This document shows, one piece after another, positions 62,331-63,932 of a stretch of DNA of 63,932 bases. The stretch is from Octopus bimaculoides (taxonomy: Eukaryota). The notes beneath the pieces are model-generated. The model saw nothing but the letters and a program-made list of their open reading frames with translations. It did no database searches and was not told the DNA's origin. The translations under genes were made by a program, and so were the position numbers. The stretch is taken from the NCBI RefSeq assembly GCF_001194135.2, contig NC_069003.1, positions 22,338,225 to 22,402,156 on the forward strand, in the 5' to 3' direction. Numbering within the stretch: the first letter of the stretch is position 1; each line of letters opens with the position of its first letter.

Positions 62331-63932
62331 GAAGAAAAGTTGTGGGAGAGTTTTGACAGAAGACAAACTGTGTTGGGGGAGGCATGTTCACAAAGGACAT
62401 GCCTGTGTGAATGACCACGATTTTACTCAGCTTGACGTGTCTTCTCAAAGCACAGCAAATCGCCAGATGTGGGGCTTAACAACTAAAGATCATTGCTCAC
62501 CACTTCATCCCACATCTTAGGTCTATCTTTTCCACAGGTTCCCCTCCACAATTACAGGTCAGCAATTCTTTATGCAGTTGGCCTCATCCATTTGCATCAC
62601 ATGTTACTTTGAAAAGGGGATGATGTTGGGAGGAAGGGAAGTAACCTTAAACAGTGTTAAAATAAACAATAAGATTTGCCAGAAATTAGTGATGATCAGA
62701 GGCAGTAATTAATGAGAAATACAGAAACAGCTTGAAATTGGAATAAACTAGTTTGATGTAAAGACAAGGGGAAGTCTAATGTTTCAGGCAGTGTCTTTTG
62801 TTGGAGATGGGTTTGTAAGTTTGCTTCTATATAAGAATACTGGATTCTTTAGACCTGTTTCTCAAAGTAAAGTGAGGAGCTACAAGGATTTTTAAAAATG
62901 TGGATAGGACAGGCAAATTGCCAAGTTTTTTAAAACTGAGATGGCTTTAAAACTTTAAAAATTTGTCCAACGTCATTGTGGTGAGAGAAAAAGAATTATA
63001 TAGAGGTAAATTAGTTTTTTTTTTTTTTTCATTAATAGAAAAGGATTTCACTAATTTTGGGACTAGTATTAGTTTAGACCAGTATTTCCCAGCCTATGTT
63101 CTCTCAGGCCCCACAATAACTTTCCAGAAAAATGTATGCCTCTCAGGTGGTTGAAAAAAAAACAACTTTATTTTTAATATTTTATCACAATTATTTAATA
63201 CAAAAGAATCTACTGGTAACTCTTTTATTATGTACTGGGTACAAAAACACGTTCATTATTGACTAAGGAAAAAAAAACGAATCACATTAATGAGAACCTT
63301 GTGCTTGGTGATTACAGCACCCCACCCCACCACAATTATCCCAGACCCCACCAGTGGGGAATCACTGGTCTAGATGAAACAATTTTTGTCAACATCTTGT
63401 GTACGTGTGTTTCTGTGTATGTGTGAAAATGCGAATGAATGAATGTAAGTGCGTATGTGTTTGTGTGCATGTATGTGTAAATGTGTTTCTGTGCATGTGT
63501 GAATGCGAGAGTAAGTAAATAAATTTAAAAAAAGAAACAAAAAAAAAACACAAAAAGCTCCATAGTCGGTTCAATCTGAGGTTCTGTTTAAGTCTAAAGA
63601 ATGGTATAGACATGGCTGAGACAACAAGTAGATCATCTAAATGATTTACATTTAGTTTCAGACCATTTGGTTACGAGTTCAAATTTTGCTAGGATCAACA
63701 TTGATTTCAAAGATTCAAAACTTTCAATAATTCGTTTGACTCTTGTTAAACCAATCAATTATATTGATTTCTAAGGGAGCATCTAAGTGGTCATTCGTCC
63801 TGCTGGAAACAGTACTAACGTCTCCCTTGAATCATATCCTTCTGTTTTGAAAAAAGAAGAACACACTGGAAAATGTATTCCTAATTATACTAAAAAAGAA
63901 AAAAAGGAGTTGCTCACGGTTGGAATGTCTAT

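Overview
AT-rich eukaryotic genomic DNA from a draft scaffold with nine N-gaps, dense in microsatellites and SINEs. The repeat content suggests a coleoid cephalopod, most likely Octopus (inference). Two convergent spliced genes can be reconstructed by hand. SSNA1 (+ strand) has coding exons 2 and 3 at 4655-4854 and 6414-6500; exon 1 was not found and probably lies upstream of the window. A complete 10-exon BACE1/2-like aspartic protease (- strand, 36452->14837) has GT-AG introns throughout, a 1527-nt CDS (508 aa), both catalytic motifs (DTG/DSG), six conserved cysteines and a TM helix. The rest is transposon-derived: several tRNA-derived SINE families, an RTE-related non-autonomous family, RTE/CR1/R4 LINE fragments, a Penelope-like GIY-YIG fragment, a decayed Ty3/Gypsy element with an intact 5' LTR, and Tc1/mariner, Tigger, hAT and piggyBac-type relics. 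The most notable observations are a near-complete minimal hammerhead ribozyme on the sense strand of BACE intron 8, a CpG-decayed hammerhead beside the Penelope fragment, a TSD-bounded tRNA-head/R4-endonuclease composite, two strong hairpins, a palindromic 26-bp array, and a 13/13 strand bias in one SINE family. All alignments and folds were done by eye, and family names come from motif recognition, not database searches.
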